From the IMG/VR virus record IMGVR_UViG_3300011440_000050, positions 1-27,530 of that record: a DNA stretch of 27,530 nucleotides; one strand, 5' to 3'. The translations under genes were made by a program, and so were the position numbers. This DNA comes from a virus (taxonomy: Duplodnaviria > Caudoviricetes). The notes below the pieces were generated by a model, which saw only the letters and a list, made by a program, of their open reading frames with translations, was not told the origin of the DNA and ran no database searches. Below are positions 26,145 to 27,530 of the stretch, piece after piece (positions within the stretch are counted from its first letter, which is position 1; every line of letters starts with the position of its first letter).

Positions 26145-26238
26145 CTTCTGGCAGAAGGTCGAACGCCGTGGCCCCGGTGACTGCTGGCCCTTCACCAAGG
26201 TCTTGCCGGTCATCAGCTTAGGAGGACTATGCGGCTGA
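26131..26238 (+). pseudogene. probable truncated HNH homing-endonuclease remnant
   Basis: 35-aa frame MFPRNFWQKVERRGPGDCWPFT resembles the FWxKV...CW N-terminus of phage HNH endonucleases, then stops. Confidence 0.55.
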
Positions 26239-27047
26239 GTGACTTCGCCCCCGATTTCCTGCTTTTCTGTCAGACTCGCGTGACGCGGGCGACACTCGCA
26301 GACTACCGCCGCTGTCTGCGCGACTACATCGAGCCGCAGCTCGGCGAGAAGCCACTGCACACGATCACGAGCGGGGACATGCTGACCCTCCAGGGGCGAC
26401 TCGCACATATGCCGGCCAGATCGAACCGCGTGTGCATGGTCGCCATGCGGCTGATGCGGATCGCTCAGCTCTATGGCCACAAGGTCCAGGCTGAGCGGCC
26501 ACCGATGCTCCGCGAGCGGCGACGCTCCCGCTACCTGACGAGGGAGGAAGCCACGCGGCTCATGCATACGCTGGACAAGAAGCCCTCGGTGTGCGGACTC
26601 ATCATCCGCATACTTCTGTTGACGGGCTGCCGCCGGAGCGAGATCCTGGCCCTCCTCTGGTCAGAGGTAGACTTCTCGCGGAAGTGCTTCGAGCTATCGA
26701 AGGGGAAAACCGGCGCAAGGACCGTGCCGGTGAGTGGGGAGGTACTGCATATGCTGGCCGCACTGCCGAGGGCCAGCGAGTACGTGTTCGCCGGGCGGCG
26801 GGGCCACCTGAAGACGTTTCAGCGCTATTGGGAGCGCACTCGCCGAGAGGCGGGTCTACAGGACTTTCACTTGCACGACTTGCGGCACTCGTTCGCCAGC
26901 TTCGCTATCACGAACGGGGTGCCGCTTGCCGTCGTGGGGCACGTGCTCGGACACAAGAGCCCGGGCACCACTGCGCGCTACGCTCACGTCCACGATGAGG
27001 CTGCGCAGAGTGCAGTGGAGCGGGTGAGCAGCTTACTTCGCGCGTAG
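26229..27047 (+). CDS. tyrosine recombinase/integrase
   Basis: GGAGG RBS; LTGCRRSE, KTG, HDLRH, LGH, TTARYAH catalytic set. Confidence 0.95.
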   Translation: MRLSDFAPDFLLFCQTRVTRATLADYRRCLRDYIEPQLGEKPLHTITSGDMLTLQGRLAHMPARSNRVCMVAMRLMRIAQLYGHKVQAERPPMLRERRRSRYLTREEATRLMHTLDKKPSVCGLIIRILLLTGCRRSEILALLWSEVDFSRKCFELSKGKTGARTVPVSGEVLHMLAALPRASEYVFAGRRGHLKTFQRYWERTRREAGLQDFHLHDLRHSFASFAITNGVPLAVVGHVLGHKSPGTTARYAHVHDEAAQSAVERVSSLLRA

Positions 27048-27269
27048 CTTCAGAGAGCGTACGAGGGCGAACGCCTGCTCCAGAGAGGGGACGGGATGAC
27101 CGTCCACGGTGTACTGCTCTCCGCTGCGGGCAAAGCTGCGGCCGAGAGTTGTGAACTCCTTGTCGCAGAGAGCCTCGTCGTCCGTCCAGTCAGACAGGAG
27201 AACCTGGGCGGCGGTCGGAGCCGGGGACTCCTGCGCCGGGCGCTTGAAGAGCTTGGAGAGCCAGCTCAC
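27033..27269 (-). CDS. hypothetical protein (MSWLSKLFKRP...)
   Basis: GTGA-coupled to upstream minus-strand ORF; convergent with and overlapping the recombinase end. Confidence 0.65.
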   Translation of the reverse strand: MSWLSKLFKRPAQESPAPTAAQVLLSDWTDDEALCDKEFTTLGRSFARSGEQYTVDGHPVPSLEQAFALVRSLKLRAK

Positions 27270-27530
27270 GGAATGCTCGTCCCCAGTAAAGCGTCCACCT
27301 GATCCTTGAGTGACTGGCTCGCCGCGGTGAACTTGTCCGCGCGATCCTTGTTCACGAAGCCCTGTACCTGTGCCTTGGCGTCGTCGAGCCCCTGGTTGAA
27401 GATGCCATTGACGAGCTGCGTTAGGTTGATAGCCGGCTGTCCTGCGGCGACTCGCCGAGGGTTCACCCAAAAGTTGAGAGCGAAGGTTAGCTGTGCGTCT
27501 TCCGCCGCGCTCGTCGTGATTGTGTACTGA
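27266..27530 (-). CDS. hypothetical protein, 5' end outside window
   Basis: Frame open to right edge (QYTITTSAAEDAQLTFALNFWVNPRR...). Confidence 0.65.
   Translation of the reverse strand, partial: QYTITTSAAEDAQLTFALNFWVNPRRVAAGQPAINLTQLVNGIFNQGLDDAKAQVQGFVNKDRADKFTAASQSLKDQVDALLGTSIP

Overview
A GC-rich tailed-phage genome segment with two divergent arms. The minus strand from ~5180 leftward is the packaging/head operon: putative small terminase, large terminase, P22-like portal and small Zn-binding ORFs. The end of a convergent minus-strand operon appears at the right edge. The plus strand (5872-27047) is an early/replication arm: CobS/MoxR-like AAA+ ATPase, vWA-like partner, JAB/MPN protein, 3D-domain protein, DinG-family helicase, secreted and lipoproteins, two SAM methyltransferases with a radical SAM/SPASM enzyme, PD-(D/E)XK nuclease, AAA_24/Sak4-like ATPase, dNTP diphosphohydrolase (DUF5664-like), ERCC4 nuclease, UDG-fused family A DNA polymerase, RNase H-fold exonuclease and a tyrosine recombinase. 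The strongest non-coding signals are: (i) two type II hammerhead ribozymes (15874-15933, 17151-17210) that bracket a three-gene cassette and carry the next gene's Shine-Dalgarno in their catalytic core; (ii) a ~230-nt highly structured putative ncRNA (14811-15043) with its own sigma70 promoter; (iii) near-consensus sigma70 promoters sharing a GCG(A/T)ATG(C) motif. All family assignments are by eye from motifs; no database searches or folding programs were run.
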